DNA of 64,000 bases from Octopus vulgaris (lineage: Eukaryota): the NCBI GenBank assembly GCA_951406725.2, contig OX597821.1, forward strand, positions 77,748,001-77,812,000. The letters are read 5' to 3'. The translations under genes were made by a program, and so were the position numbers. The notes under the pieces were generated by a model. The model saw only the letters and a list, made by a program, of their open reading frames with translations. It had not been told where the DNA came from and made no database searches. Positions within the stretch are counted from its first letter, which is position 1. Every line of letters starts with the position of its first letter. This document shows, one piece after another, positions 23,768 through 37,934 of the stretch.

Positions 23768-25109
23768 AGGCTTCTTTCAGTTTCTGTCTACCAAATCCAC
23801 TCACAAGGCTTTGGTTGGTTTGAGGCTCTACTAGAAGATACTTGCCCAAGGTGCCATGCAGTGGGACTGAACTCGGAACCATGAGGCTGAGAAGCAAGCT
23901 TCTTATCACACGGCCACACTTATGGCATTTTTTTTCTAAATTTATGCTCTGAGTTCAAATGCTACCAGAGTTAACTTTTCCTTCCATTCAGGGTCAATAA
24001 AATAAGTACAAGTTGAGGACTGGTCAGTGCTATGAACTTACGCTCGCTTCCCAAAATTTCAAGCCTTGTGCTTGTAATACAATGGATTATTATTATTTCT
24101 TGTCTATCATACTGCTGCCAACTTGGATGGCTGGTCCCTCTGTTAGGATCACAGTAAGAAGATCTCCTCTCAGGTGTACTCCACATCTAACAACCTGTAA
24201 TGGTGGCACTTTTATGCCCCATTCCAGGCTTAGTTTTTGGCTTTTATGACTGTTTAATTCACTGTTCCACCACCATGTCAACCTTGGTCTGGCTAAAACT
24301 TTGCTCCAGCTACAGATTTGGTTTTTAACCCACAGTAAATCTGTGCAAACATCATTTTGTTCTGTTATATTTTTTATTATTATTATTATTGAAAAAGGAG
24401 GAGCTGGCAGAATCGCTAGCGTGATGAACGAAATGCTTAGCAGTATTTCGCTCATCACTACGTTCTGAGTTCAAATTCTGCCGGGGTCGACTTTGCCTTA
24501 CACTGGGGTTGATGTAATCAACTCATCCCCACCCTTGTGGCAAAATTTGAAACCATTATTATTATTATTGAAACTTGCAAGAAAAGTCCCATCCTGTATT
24601 TTGCGAGGGTCCTAAGTAAAATTCTTGAGATTTGGGGAGACTTGTTATCACCAATTCTCAAGATAACATTCCTGTTATGTAATATAGCGTGGAATAGTTA
24701 TATAATAATAAATGTCTCCAATATAGTCTCAGGGCCTGAAATTTAGAGGGGAGAGTAGTTGATGCCATCAACCCAGTACCTGAGTTTAACTTCATTTTAT
24801 TGAATCCAGTTGGAAGAATAGCATAGTTGGCTTTGGCAGGACTTGAACTCAGAATAAGTCAGAAGTAATACCACAAGGCATTTTGTCCAGTGCTCTAATA
24901 ATTCCTCCAAGCCACCACCCAACAATGATGATGATAATAATCCTTTCCAATAAAAGGAACAAGGTTTGAAATTTGATGGGGTTGGGGCTGCTTGATTGTT
25001 GACCCTGGTGCTCAACTGGTATTTATTTTATTATCACTAAAAAGATAAAGTTAACTTCAGTGGGATAATAATAATAATAATGGTAATAATAATAACAATA
25101 AAAATTAAA

Positions 25110-25930
25110 AATGGCCTGATGAAGCAGCAGGCAATGGCTCTCATGGTTTCTAAATTGAGTGATCAGAAGTGTTATGCACATTGTTTGGTCTTGGTATAAA
25201 AGATGGGCTACAACAAATATTCTGCTCAATACCACAGATTTGCTTGTCAGTTGCTGGACCATAACCATTTGAACATGTCTCTTACTGGCTGACGATATGT
25301 GCATCTCTGATCATCATCATCATCATCGTTTAATGTCTGCTTTCCATGCTGGCATGGGTTGGACGGTTTGACTGGGGACTGGCAAGCCATGACGCTGCAC
25401 CAGGTGCCAGTCTGATCTGGTAAGGTTTCTACAGCTGGATGCCCTTCCTAACACCAACCACTGAGAGTGTAGTGGGTGCTTTTTATGTGCCACCAGTAGG
25501 GGAGACAGTTGGGGTAGGGGGGCTGCCATCGACCTCATTCGGATGGTGCTGTTTATGTGCCACTGGCATGGGGAGCCAGTCAGTCAGGAGCAGAAATAGT
25601 GGGGGAGCATCATAGCCATATGTTGAGAGGAATTCTTTGGAGTTTTGAATAATTCACTTTTGGAAACATGGGTGCATCATCCTTAACCAATCTTTATTCA
25701 GGAACCTTTTGAGGAGGATGGGCTGCTCAACATGAACAAAATTCTAACTGGGCCCCACCTGCAAAGTCATGTGCTCTTCATCTTGATATGAGGTCACCAT
25801 ATTGCACACATATGTTTGTGATGCATGTGCCTGGTGTACCCTTATCAGATGGGTAGTCATGATGGGTGTGTATTGGGTTTTGTATATTTGTACCCAGGCA
25901 TCAATTTGGTGGCATATGCTAATCTCTCAT
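25110..25930 (-). mobile_element. ~530-bp microsatellite-associated repeat, interrupted by an RTE 3' fragment
   Basis: Reverse complement of the 60030-60567 unit, split by a LINE tail at ~25310-25585. Confidence 0.75.
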
Positions 25931-26159
25931 TCACTTATTTTATTGACCCCCAAAATGAAAGGCACAGTTGACCTTGGCAGAATTTGAACTCAGACCATGA
26001 AGATGGATGAAATACTGATAAACATTTTGCCCAACATGGAAATGACTCTGCCAGCTTGCCACCTTAGGAATAATAATAATAATTTCCTAATGCCAACCAT
26101 TCCGAGAGTGTAGTGGGTGCTTTTTATGTACCACTGGCACGGGAGCCAATCAGATGGCA

Positions 26160-26580
26160 CTGGCAACGTGCTGCCTGACTGGCTCCTGTGCTGGTATCAC
26201 GTAAAAAAACACCATCCGAACATGGCTGATGCCAGTGCCACCACCCTGACGGCTGCTGTGCCAGTAGCACATAAAAAACACCATCCGAATATGGCCAATG
26301 CCAGTGTCACCACCCTGACTGGCTCCTGTGCTGGTGGCACGTAAAAAGCACCATCCGAACGTGGCCGATGCCAGTGCCGCCTGACTGGCTCTCGTGCTGG
26401 TGGCATGTAAAAAGCACCCACTACACTCTTGGAGTGGCTGGCGTTACGAAGGGCATCCAGCTGTAGGAACATTGCCAGATCAGATTGAAGCCTGGTGCGG
26501 CCTCCTGGCTTGCCAGTCCCCAGTCAAACCGTCCAACCCATGCCAGCATCGAAAACGGATGTTAAACGATGATGATGATT
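26160..26580 (+). mobile_element. RTE LINE 3'UTR with tandem ~65-bp units and (GAT)n tail
   Basis: Repeated GGCACGTAAAAAGCACCATCCGAACGTGGCCGATGCCAGT...ACTGGCTCCTGTGC then GGAAGGGCATCCAGCTGTAG...GTTAAACGATGATG; similar at 12120-12335, 12580-12910, 28880-29225, 42400-42930, 46240-46895, 51797-52047. Confidence 0.85.
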
Positions 26581-27075
26581 ATCAAAAGCAGTTGTGCATC
26601 AGAGTAGATTTCTTAGTGTAATTAATTTCGTCTTTACAAATTCTAGGTTCAAATCCCCACAAGGTCAACCTCCTGGGGTCGATAAAATGCATCAATCATC
26701 TCTAAGGGTTAATATAATTGATTACATCTCTTCTACAAATTTGTTCCATTGTCATCATCATCATCATCATCATCTTTTAACATCCATTGTCCATGCTGGC
26801 ATGGGTTGGACAGTTTGACAAGGGCTGGTAAGCTGAAAGGCTGCACAAGACTTCAGTCTGATTTGGCATGGTTTCTATGGCTGGTTGTCCTCTCTAATGC
26901 CAACCATTCCAAGAGTGTAATGGGTGTATGAAATGATAATTACATAATAATTATAATTAGTAAATTATTACCGTAACACATACTAATGATGTTGATGGTT
27001 AATGAGATGTAAGCTAGTGTAACTTCTAATTCTTATTTCTTTTTTGTTTTCTTCTTTTATTTTTTATATTTTCAG

Positions 27076-27208
27076 TTGCGGTTTATATCTCCTGAAGCGA
27101 CTTCATCTTTGATAAAGCTTTCAGAGCATAGACAGAGGAGACCCATAAAAAAAGCAGAGAAGATTAGCCGAGCCATGCTTGCCTATATCGAACGAGCAAA
27201 AGCACATG
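27076..27208 (+). CDS. MRPS9: MRPS9 exon 2
   Basis: ttttcAG acceptor; LRFISPE...KISRAMLAYIERAKAH, phase 1 donor. Confidence 0.88.
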
Positions 27209-28707
27209 GTATCTCTCGCTTTCTCTTTATAACCGAAATATTATTGGGTTGGGGAATAATTATTGTGGCTTTTTCCAACAAATTTTATTCAACAAAAATA
27301 ATAACATGTAATGGAAACATCTTTAAATGATTATTCTGGAGCATATTCACCATCTACTTCAATTACTGCTTCCCATTTGCTTGGCAGACGGTCAGACCGT
27401 CATTTAAAGATGTTTTTGTTAAATATTGTTATTGTTTTTGAAAAAAAGCCGCAATAATTATGCACCAACCCAATAATTGAATCACAAATTTTTGATTGTG
27501 TTAAGCTGGGAAAAAGTGTGTGTGTGTGTATGTGTGTGGAGTAGTGAAGGCTGATACAGATGGTAGAGTGTTGGACAAAATACACTCAAGTATATTATTT
27601 TGAGTTCAAATCCTGCCAGAGTTAACTAACTACACTTCCATTAATTTTGGGGTTCATGAAACTTGCTTCCTTACCGTATGGTGTCAGGTTCAATCTTAGT
27701 GTAGCACCTTGGGCAAATGTCTTCTACCATAACCCCAGGTTGACCAAAGCCTTGGGAATGGATTTGATACATGGAAACTTAAAGAAGCCTATTTCACATA
27801 TATATTATCATCATCACTGTCATTTGTTTGTTTTCCATGCTGGTATGGGTTGGACGGTTTGACCCAGACTGGCCAGCCAGAGAGCTGCACCAGGCGCCCT
27901 TGGTTTCTTTTGATGTGGTTTTCTATGTTTGGATGCCTTCCTAATGCCAACCACTTTCCAGTGTGTACCAGGTGCTATTTATATGGCACCTGCACCAGTG
28001 CTTTATACGTGGCACCAGCACAAATGGTTCTTTATGTGGCGCCATGCCCTTGTCTTGATTTCTTGTGATGGTTATAAACAAACATCACCATCATACAAGT
28101 GATGTTGTTCATTTTCGGTCTTCTTTGAAAAACGTGTCAGGCCTTGGGGAAAATATTACTTTATTTCAAAACTGGTGAGGTTTGGCAACAGGAAGGGATT
28201 CCATCTTTTGAAAATTGATCCCAACATATTCTGTCTGACTTATTCATGCATGGAAAGTGGATGCGCAGGAGTGGCTGTGGTAAGTAGCTTGCTTCCCAAT
28301 CACATAGTTCCGGGTTCATTCCAACTGCGTGGTACCTTCAGCAAGTGTCTTCTACATTGCAATGAGATGTCTTCTCCTTTGTACCTTACATCTCACCCCT
28401 CTCGTATTCATCCACATAAATGTGTAAATTTTATGGATTTGTTTTAAAGTAATTACCCATCCATCCATCCATCCATTTCCTCTACCCATTATTCCTTCTA
28501 TAGAGTTCCTCTTGGAACCAACAGCCAATACACTTCCCTGCTGGATTCCCAAGCATGATCATTTTCCACCCATCTCATTCTTGGTCTACCCCTAGGTCTC
28601 CTGCTGGTTAGTCTGGCTTGAAGAATTTGTCTTGTGATCCTTTCCTATGGCATTCTAACCCCACATGCTAAGATGACAAATATTCATCAAATTTTCTTTC
28701 TTGACAG

Positions 28708-28811
28708 ATGCACAGATGAAAGAAGAAATTGCACAGTATGAAATTGGTAAAAGACATTTGGCCAACATAATGGGTAAAAATGCAGAGACTTTCACTCAAG
28801 AAGACATAGAC
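28708..28811 (+). CDS. MRPS9: MRPS9 exon 3
   Basis: (D)[34 protein letters not shown]; the GKRHLAN.MG...FTQEDID motif is typical of mitochondrial uS9m; GTAAGG donor. Confidence 0.95.
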
Positions 28812-30621
28812 GTAAGGGGTTTTCTCTTTTATCTTTGACAGTTTGCAAAAATAGTCTTCTGGAATTCAGATTTAGATAATCAATTGCCAGGGCCACGGAT
28901 TGGCTCTCATGCTGGTGGCACGTCAAAAGCACCATTCGAGTGTGATCGTTGCCAGTGCCACTGGACTGGCTCCCATGCAGGTAGCATGTAATAAACACCT
29001 TTTGAGCATCATCGTTGCGAGAACCGCCTGACCAGCCCTCATGCCGGTGGCACGTAAAAGCACCCACTACACTCTCAGTGTGGTTGGTGTTAAGAAGGGC
29101 ATCCAGCTGTAGAAACTTTGCCAGATCAGATTGGAGCCTGGTGCAGCCTTCTGGCTCACCAGTTCTCAGTCAAACCGTCCAACCCATGCCAGCATGGAAA
29201 GCGGACGTTAAACGCCAATGATGTAGTTTTATAACCTGACAGTAAGGCTGCATATAACGATCTTGTAGATTATAGTGCATTGGAGATGGTTGGTTTATTT
29301 GTTCATTTTGTGCCTGTTTTTCCATGCTTATATGGAGTGAAAGAATGTCATTCACAGTAGTTAGTTAGTTAAGTTTTTGGCTCAAAAAGCAAAAAGCAAG
29401 GCCATGTAGGGGGACATGGAGTTATGTACAGGGTGGTGTTCATGTAAAGCGTTCAGGCCACTTGTGGTCAAGGGAGACTTTGAACCGAACGGTCGTCGGT
29501 TTTTTTCTATAGTAATTTCTATAGCCAGCTGTCCTTCCTGATGCTGTTCCTTACCTGATTTTCATGTGAAGGATCACTTATTCCATATAATTTCGTAGGT
29601 GCCAAGACAATTTGTTGATAGGAGAGACTGATAGATCACTGCTTGCTGCGCTCTCATACGAATGATTGCATATGTAAACACACACACAAGCAAACTGAGG
29701 CAATCAAGAGTTGTTATGTGTTTTGCACAAAGATAACAGTGGCTGCAGTTAAGATCGAACTGAGGATCATGTGGTTAGTGGCTCAGCTCTTTCACATCCT
29801 AGTCACATTAGTCTAATCTCCAGTTTTAATGTTTCTTCTATGTACAACAGTTTGTCAGATTTTGTTTCAGTATTTCCAAGTCTAAACAGCTTGCCAGTGC
29901 ACAACACCTGATCAATAGCCAAATTGATTGGAAATCACTTGGATAAAACTATTTTGATCTTTTAAAGTAAAATTCATATCATTCTGTTCACTTTAATGTG
30001 TTGACAACAGAAATTGTAGCTAAAAGATTTCTAAATAACAGATATTCTTGGAAACGGTTGTAGTGTAGATTCTAAATTCTCAGGAAAACTGAGTTTGCAA
30101 CCCAGATTTAATTCATTTATTCTGTTAATGTCTGCTTAGAGTCAGCCTTGGTGAAACACCTCCTATTCTTTGACCTCATCAATGAGATCTATAATGCTGA
30201 TCATTTGGTGATAGGAACCTCGAAGTAGGAAAAGCAAAGCAGTTGTCTCTATTTATCTTACTATTTGTACGACACACAGAAGAACTTGTTCTTATTTTTT
30301 AATTTTGTTATGGTGGCAAGTTGGCAGAACTGTTACTGCACCAGACACAATGCTTAACGGCATTTCTTCTGGCCATTTATGCTCTGAGTTCAAACTCCAC
30401 CCAGGTTAATTTTGTCTTTCATCCTTTTGGAGTCATTTAAAGATGAACCCCAGTTGAGCACTGGGGTGTTGATGTAATCAACTTCAACCTCCCTCAAAAT
30501 TGCTGGCCTTGTGCTAAAACTAGAAAGGCTTATTTAATAGTCTTATGAGTAATACGAGTGATGACTTATGGTTTGAAACAGTTTACTAAAATGCTTTTGT
30601 TTCTTTGTATCATTTTCCCAG

Positions 30622-30684
30622 AAAGCTATTGAATATCTGCTGCCATCTGGTTTATATGCCAAAAAAGCCAGGCCATTGATGAAG
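30622..30684 (+). CDS. MRPS9: MRPS9 exon 4
   Basis: KAIEYLLPSGLYAKKARPLMK; cAG/GTGAGT. Confidence 0.95.
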
Positions 30685-31863
30685 GTGAGTCAGTTTGCTT
30701 TGAGTGTCTCTATACTAACATACATGTGTCCTGTGATTCATTGGGTTGTCAGGTCCTTACTGAAGACTGCTGGGGATGATAGAGGGTCTGCCTCTAAGCC
30801 ATAAAAAATATTTTCAGTTTAGTACTGCAAGCAGTGGAGCTTGTTACCTATAATCCCTCCACTTACATCATTGATCCGCATCTTTTTGTTTCATAGGAAG
30901 AAATAGCAACATGATAATCCCTTTCGAGGGTTTTGAAGGAGGTGGAAGGGAGGAAAAAACTATCAGTTATGGGTTATCTGAAAATCAGAGATCTGGGACT
31001 AGTGCCTGCAACAGAGTGGACCTTGTTCGAAAGTACCTGCTGACTAGAAGTGAGTGTTAAAATAGGTGTTGAATTAGATTACTCAGGTACAAGTGAATTG
31101 ATTGACTTCTGTGTAGTTACTTTGTATCAGATTTCATTCTGAGCACTTGAGTTTAACTTTGTACTGAAGGTGCAGTGTTGTGGAATAGAATCTTGATCCA
31201 CATGACCATGAAGCAAATTTCTTTAACAAAATACAGTAATTCCTTGCCACATTGCCGTTTATTATTTAAGCTTACGTTGATTCCTGTGTGGCATTGTTTT
31301 GCATTTATAATAAAATAAATATATACAGATTATGAAAATTTAAAAAATATATATACACTACAATACAGTTTTTACTTCATGGATTTTTCACCTATTGCAG
31401 GGGTTTTTGGAACATAACACCTGCGATAGTCATGAAATTTAATGACTAATTAAGCAGTGGCTGTGGTGATGATGCTAATGCTGTTATTGATGAAAATGAT
31501 GAAAGACAAACAGAAGTAGTAACAGCAGTGATGATAGTCAATTGTTTTTTCTTCAATAAACATTTTGTGTAAGGTGGCAAGTCTGCAGAAACGTTAGCAC
31601 GCTGCTTAGCAGAAATGTTTAGCAGTATTTTGTCTGTCTTTATGTTCTGAGTTCAAATTCCACCGAGGTCGACTTTGCCTGTCATCCATTCGTACCAGTT
31701 GCATACTGAGGTTAATTTAATTGACTAACCCCCTCCTCCCAAAATTGCGGGCCTTGTGCCTAGAGTAGAAAAGAACAAACATTTTGTGTATTCTTTTGAT
31801 GTTTTAAACTTGTTTAAATTAAAATTTTGACTTTCCTCATTAGTTTTTTGTTTTATTCTTCAG

Positions 31864-31894
31864 CATCCTTATGAAATTTTCCCACCACAGAAAA
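31864..31894 (+). CDS. MRPS9: MRPS9 exon 5 (31 nt)
   Basis: HPYEIFPPQK; cAG/GTAAGT, phase 0/1. Confidence 0.92.
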
Positions 31895-33350
31895 GTAAGT
31901 CTTCAGATATTACAATATTTCTGCTTACCATCTTTATACTTTGTACTCTAATCTCTCATCCCCTGGTGTAAAGCCACTGTCCTTAATATTACAAACCCTC
32001 ATTCGAGGGTTCTTGTCTAATGAGTTTCTGGGTGACTTCACTGGTGCTGGTGCTATGTCAAAAAAAATCCAGTACGATCTTTAAAGCGATCGGCATGAGG
32101 AGGGCATCCTGCTGTAGAAACCCTGCCAAAACAGATAGCAGTAGGACTTGGCACAGTTCTCTGGCTCACCAGTTCCTGTCAAAGCAGCCAACCCATGCCA
32201 GATGTTAAATGATGGTGATGCAGCTGCTACTGATGATGATGTTCACCACCACCACCACCACTACCACCATCATCATCATCAGGTCAAATACTGTTGTTTT
32301 CTGAATCACTTTTTACAGTTTGAAGGGAAACTTTTGGTATGAACCAACAAAGATACTTCTTTATGGTTCCTCGATCTGTCAGAGCCAGCCAAATAACCCT
32401 CAAATATCACCCTACCATCTTAAGAAGAAAATGTGAAGACATGGTAGTCATGTAGATCTAGATACAGCCATCATCATCATCATCATCTGACAAAGAAAAG
32501 ATGTGAAGATCATGGCTGGAAGAGCTTTTATCATAAGTCAGTTTGGGGGCCGTTATCCCTGACTGGCTCCCGTGCCAGTCGATGTAAAAAGCACCATCCG
32601 AATGTGATTGATGCCAGGTCTGCCTGACTGGCTCCTGTGCTGGTGGCATGTAATAAGCACCATCTGAACATGATCATTGCCAGGTCCACCTGACTGGCTC
32701 CTTTGCTGGTGGCACATAAAAAGCTCCAACTACACTCTTGTCAGAGTGGTTGGCATTAGGAAGGGCATTCAACTGTAGGAACCTTGCCAGACCAGAATGG
32801 AGCCTGGTGCAGCCAGGAAGGGGGGGGGGCTGGCTGGCATTGAGCATGTTCAGATGGTGCTTTTCACATGCCCCTGGCACAGGGAGCCAGTTAGGCTGCA
32901 CTGGCAATGACCCTTGCATGTATGGTGCTTATTGCATGCCACCAGCATGGGAGCCAGTCAGGCGGCACTGGCATCAGCTACAACTACAATTTCCATTTGA
33001 TTGTGATTTTTATTTTAATTTTTATTTTACTTGACTCAAGGTCTCCTCAAGCACGGAGTGTCGTCCAACAATTCAAAGGTACTTTTTAAATGGGCTGGCT
33101 ATGCGACACTGGTGTAGGCTATGGCTGTGATGTCACTTTACTGGCCAGGTCTTTTCAATCACAGTATATCTCCAAAGGTCTTGGTCTTTCGGCATTGCCT
33201 CTGTGAGGCCCAACGTTCAACAGTTGGCACCTGGAAGAACATTCAGCCTTGAGAAGTCTTGTCCAACCCATGCCAGCATAGAAGAAACAGACATAAAACC
33301 TATGATAATGAATAACAATGTTTTTATTGTTTTTTATCATTTTACAACAG

Positions 33351-33430
33351 GTGCTCAGTTCGGAATGGATGGACGCCCTTTTCACTGGTTATTTTATACG
33401 GCAAAGCCCAACTATTACAACTTAATGTAT
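33351..33430 (+). CDS. MRPS9: MRPS9 exon 6
   Basis: (S)AQFGMDGRPFHWLFYTAKPNYYNLMY; GRPFH.LFYT motif; cAG/GTAAGT. Confidence 0.95.
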
Positions 33431-33698
33431 GTAAGTACTTTATTCAGATTTGGTTATTTTGGCTTCTTCCCTTGCACCATATTTTCATCCTCCATATCAG
33501 GCACAAGCGTAGCTGTGTGGTTAAAAAAGTTTGCTTCCCAATCACCTGGTTCCAGGTTCAGTCCCACTGTGTGACACCTTGGGCGTGTATCTTCTGTCAT
33601 AACCTTGGTCCAACCAAAGTCTTGTGGGTGGATCTGATAGGCAGAAATTGAAAGAAGCACATTGCGTGTATACATATATATGTATATGTATATATATA

Positions 33699-33732
<34 letters not shown>

Positions 33733-35274
33733 CACGTGTATGTGTGTATATATATATATATGTGTGTATGTATATATATATATATATATATATATAATTC
33801 ATTAAAAAAAATGAAGAAAAAAGCCACAACGTGGGGCTGTGGTACATGCAAAGTATTAAAAGATGCTCTGGGAAGGAAAGAAAGGGGTTTTTATCTTTTG
33901 AACAAAGCTCTTCTTCAGAAACAGGAGATAGAGGAAAGTCTAAGAGAAAAGGAAGATGGAGGAAAAAAATCTCCAACAATTCACATGTAGTTTCATCATC
34001 ATCATCATCACCATCCTCTACTGTCCATTTTCCATGCTGGCATGGGGTGGGGGTGTGTGTTTCTCTCATTGTCTTCACATTGTGTGAGTTGTAAATGAGT
34101 TTCACTGTTATACAAGCGGTCATGTCCTTCATTTCTAATGTCTTGCAAAAGCACGTCTGGCCATGGGGGAAATATTGCCTTTGCTTGGAAACAGGTGAGG
34201 GTTGGTGACAGGAAGGGCATCAGGCTATAGAAAAAACCTGCCTCAGTTGAATCTGCCCGACCCATGCAAGCTCAGGAAGATGGCTGTTAAAATGATGATG
34301 GTGATGGGATCAGCCAAAGAAGATTCTACACAACCTGCAACGTTCCCAGTTTACAAGTAAAGCCAGTCTGTATCTCATTTTAATTTGCAAACCACCCTTC
34401 TATCCTATAAAGCCCACACACCATAGGCACATACATGGCTGTGTGCTAAGAAGCCTGCTTCCTAACCACATGGTTCTGGGTTCAGTCCCACTGTATGGCA
34501 CCATGGGCAAGTGATTTCTGTTATAACCTTTGACTGACAAAAGCCTTTTGAGTGGACAATGGATTCAGTAGACACAAACTGAAAGAAACCTGTTGTGTGT
34601 GTGTGTATGTATATATATATATCATCATTTGAGATCTATTTTCCATGCTGGCATGGGTTGGACGTTTTGACAGGTTCTGACCAGCTGAATTGCTGTTCAG
34701 GCTCCGTATCTGTTTTGGCATGGGGTCTATGGCTGGATGCCCTTCCTAATGCCAACCACTTTGCAGACTCTACTGGAGTGCTTTTATGTAGCACCAGCAC
34801 CCATGAGCCTGTATTAAGGATGCTCAGCTGGAGAGGGTTGCATGAGATGACCCTGTACGTAAGGGCAACCACACTTTTACATAGCTTGATGTTGTCTTTT
34901 CAAGCACAACAAATCGCCATGCGTCTCGGTCCCGTGTTATCCCCTCTGTAAGTCCCAACGTCTTTAGATCCTTTCTCACCACTTCGTCCATGGGGTGGTG
35001 TCTTTGTGTCTGTTTGTCCTCCACTACCACTTGGTAGCCGGTGTTGGTGTGTTTATGTCCCTGTAACTGAGTGGTTTGGCAGTAGAGACTGATAGAATAA
35101 TTACCAGGCTTAACAAAAGAAAAATTAGTACTGAAGTCTCTTCAAGGTGGTGCTCTAGCATGGCCACAAAAACCATCAGGCTGTACTGACCAATTTAGTA
35201 CCACACCAACACATTGTATGCATGAAATGTATTAAAACAGAGAATTCTTTAGAGTCTTTAAAATTCCATTTCAG

Positions 35275-35360
35275 GACATTGTGTGGAAAATTGAGGCTTT
35301 GAAGAAAAAAGAAGATGAATCGTACGCACAGACAACATTATTTACGAAACCTAAAGAAAT
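35275..35360 (+). CDS. MRPS9: MRPS9 exon 7
   Basis: DIVWKIEALKKKEDESYAQTTLFTKPKE; tcAG/GTAAGT, phase 0/2. Confidence 0.85.
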
Positions 35361-35684
35361 GTAAGTCAACTTTTGAAATTCATTGCAAAGATTGTTATTG
35401 GTGAAACGGGTGGATGCAGTAGAATGCTTGCTTTCTTCACTAAATGTTCTGCTGTATTGAAGTATGTCTCTTTGCTTTCTCACTTCAAATTTCATGGAGT
35501 TTGACGTCATGAAATAAAAAAAAAAATAATGGACATAGCTGTGGGGTTCAGAAGCTTGATTCCCAACTATTTAGTTTTAGGATCAGTCCCAGTGTGTGGC
35601 ACCTTGGCAGGTGTCTTCTACTGTAACCTCTGGGCCAAATAAAGCTTTGTGAAAGAATTTGGTGGGCAGAAATTGAACGAACCC

Positions 35685-35741
<57 letters not shown>

Positions 35742-35967
35742 GGATAAGATCGTTATTTAAATAACAATCTTATCAGGTGGCCAGGATGGGAATAAAAACC
35801 TTCAAAGGTAATAATTATTATTAAAATTTTAATTTGGGGTATCTAAGAGATACCACCACGTTGGAAATAGCAGTCAAAACTTGACTCTAAAACCACATTA
35901 AATGTTCATACAGCACCAGGAGAGAAAACAAAGAGACAAAATAAACTAGCAAAAAAATTACTGGATA

Positions 35968-36026
35968 ATTCCAGATCCCAGATTTCTGGCTCTGCATAAG
36001 AAATGCTCTGCCTTCATCAGTGGAAT
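35968..36026 (-). ncRNA. Type I hammerhead ribozyme motif in MRPS9 intron 7 (antisense)
   Basis: - strand AUUCCA CUGAUGA aGGCagaGCAUuucuuAUGCagaGCCa GAAA UC ugg GA UC UGGAAU: 6-bp stem I, stem II, short stem III, AUC cleavage triplet; A.A mismatch at the base of stem II. Confidence 0.62.
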
Positions 36027-36313
36027 ATACTCAGATAGCACATAAATACAAGACTATTGGGTTGATTTGCTTGACTAAAGGCGGTGCTGCAGCATGGCCG
36101 CAGTCAAATGACTGACACAAATAAAAGAATATCAGTCCAAGAAGATTCTTTACCACCTGTGCAACATTTCCCGTTTATAAATTTTATCATGACAACAACC
36201 GCAGCAACAACAACAATTATGATGGTTAATCCTATAATCTGTTTGATTTCCTTTGCTGCTCTCTGGAAGCTGTTATTTTCATTTTAGTTGCAAAGTGAAC
36301 TTCATTGGCATAA

Positions 36314-37375
36314 CCCTTCCGTTACTGTATTTATTTTGAGATGGTCTGTGTTTCTTTCAATTACTTTAAATATAACAAAGAATTTAGTAAAATAACTTAG
36401 TTATCATTCAACTAGTGTTGGGAACATAAATTGTGACTAAGGTTTGGTGGAAGCTTTTAATTCAAAACTTATGAAAGCAAGTCATTTGTACTCAGAGCCA
36501 GAGCCAGTTTCAGCTGGGTTTGTAATGAAAGGGTTAATCCTTTCGTTACTGTATTTATTTTGAGAGGCTTTGTGTATCTTTCAGTTACTTTAAATATAAC
36601 AAAGAATTTAGTAAAATAACTTAGTTATCATTCAGTTAGTGTTAGGAACATAAATTGTGACTAAGGAAGATTTTAATTCAAAACTTATGGAAACAAGACA
36701 TTTATACTCAGAACCAGGAAAACCTGGGACGAGGTGGTGAAGCACGACCTTCGAACTTTAGGCCTCACTGAGGAAATGACCAGCGACCGAGACCTTTGGA
36801 AATATGCTGTACATGAGAAGACCAGGCAGGACAAGTGAGCCCAGCCCACTTATGCATGCCTTTCCTCCCTTGGACACAAAGACCTGTTGAGGCAAGCGAA
36901 GTCGATATAGAACCTCATCCGACGACAGGCACCCATGCCAACCCCCTTTGCTTGCGAAGACATGTTGGGGCAAGTGAAATCGAAATCGAATTGAACCAGC
37001 CAGGACCCCTAGACTGGTGGTACGTAAAAAGTACTATCCGACTCGTGGCTGATGCCAGTGCCGCCTCGACTGGCTTCCGTGCTGGTGGCACGTAAAATGC
37101 GCCAATCCGACCGTGGCCATTGCCAGCCTCGCCTGGCACCTGTGCAGGTGGCACGTAAAAAGCACCCACTACACTCATGGAGTGGTTGGCGTTAGGAAGG
37201 GCATCCAGCTGTAGAAACATTGCCAGATAAGACTGGAGCCTGGGGCTGCCTTCTGGCTTCCCAGATCCCCGGTCGAACCGTCCAACCCATGCTAGCATGG
37301 AGAACGGACGTTAAACGATGATGATGATGATGATGAACCAGAGCCGGTTTCAGCTGGGTTGGTAACGAAAGGGCT
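36314..37375. mobile_element. Two tandem piggyBac-type MITEs sharing a TTAA; the second is interrupted by an RTE 3' fragment (~36715-37335)
   Basis: CCCTT(T/C)CGTTAC...GTAA(T/C)GAAAGGG termini match the 15996 element; an inverted third copy lies at ~50983-51184. Confidence 0.8.
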
Positions 37376-37451
37376 AAGTCTTTCAGTGAAAGTTTTACTA
37401 AAATCTAATGTTTAATCTTGTTTTTATTTTAAAATTCATATTTTTATCTAG

Positions 37452-37527
37452 AAATTTAAAAAGTAGCGAATGGATCGACTTGGATCGTTTGAAGCAAATA
37501 GTTTTAGAAAAAATCACTGAAGAAGAT
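37452..37527 (+). CDS. MRPS9: MRPS9 exon 8
   Basis: (I)NLKSSEWIDLDRLKQIVLEKITEED; ctAG/GTAAGT, phase 2/0. Confidence 0.88.
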
Positions 37528-37899
37528 GTAAGTATATGTTTTAGCTTCATTTTATTTTTCATACCTGTTTTTGCCATGGGGATATAGGTTGGGCAAAGCT
37601 TCTTCTAACACTACTGCCTGGATGGAACCCTGCCCAGGTGCCAACCCTGCAATGTTTTTAGTTAAGGTATTCAATTCTAATGGTCTTCATATTCTTGTAT
37701 TCTTGTATTTATTTCAGTCATTTGACTGCGGCCATGCTGAAGCACCACCTTTAGTCGAGCAAATCGACCTCATGACTTATTCTTTGTAAGCCTAATACTT
37801 ATTCTATTGGTCTCTTTTGCTGAACTGCTAAGTTACAGGGACGTGAACACACCAACATCAGTTGTCAAGCGATGTTGTGGGGAACAGACACAGACACAG

Positions 37900-37930
<31 letters not shown>

Positions 37931-37934
<4 letters not shown>

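Noticed and set aside
26160-26420. Regularly spaced direct repeats resembling a CRISPR array (also 42480-42760, 46240-46740)
   Set aside because: Whole units repeat with no unique spacers, they belong to a LINE 3'UTR, the context is eukaryotic and there are no cas genes.
27209-28707. Possible U12-type intron in MRPS9 (GTATCTCT donor, TTCTTGAC near acceptor)
   Set aside because: Donor deviates from GTATCCTT and the branch-like motif directly abuts the AG; treated as U2-type.
33880-33930. Further hammerhead-like remnants on - strand (CTGAAGA...; also ~39900-39958)
   Set aside because: GAAA and/or CUGA core is mutated; too degenerate to call.
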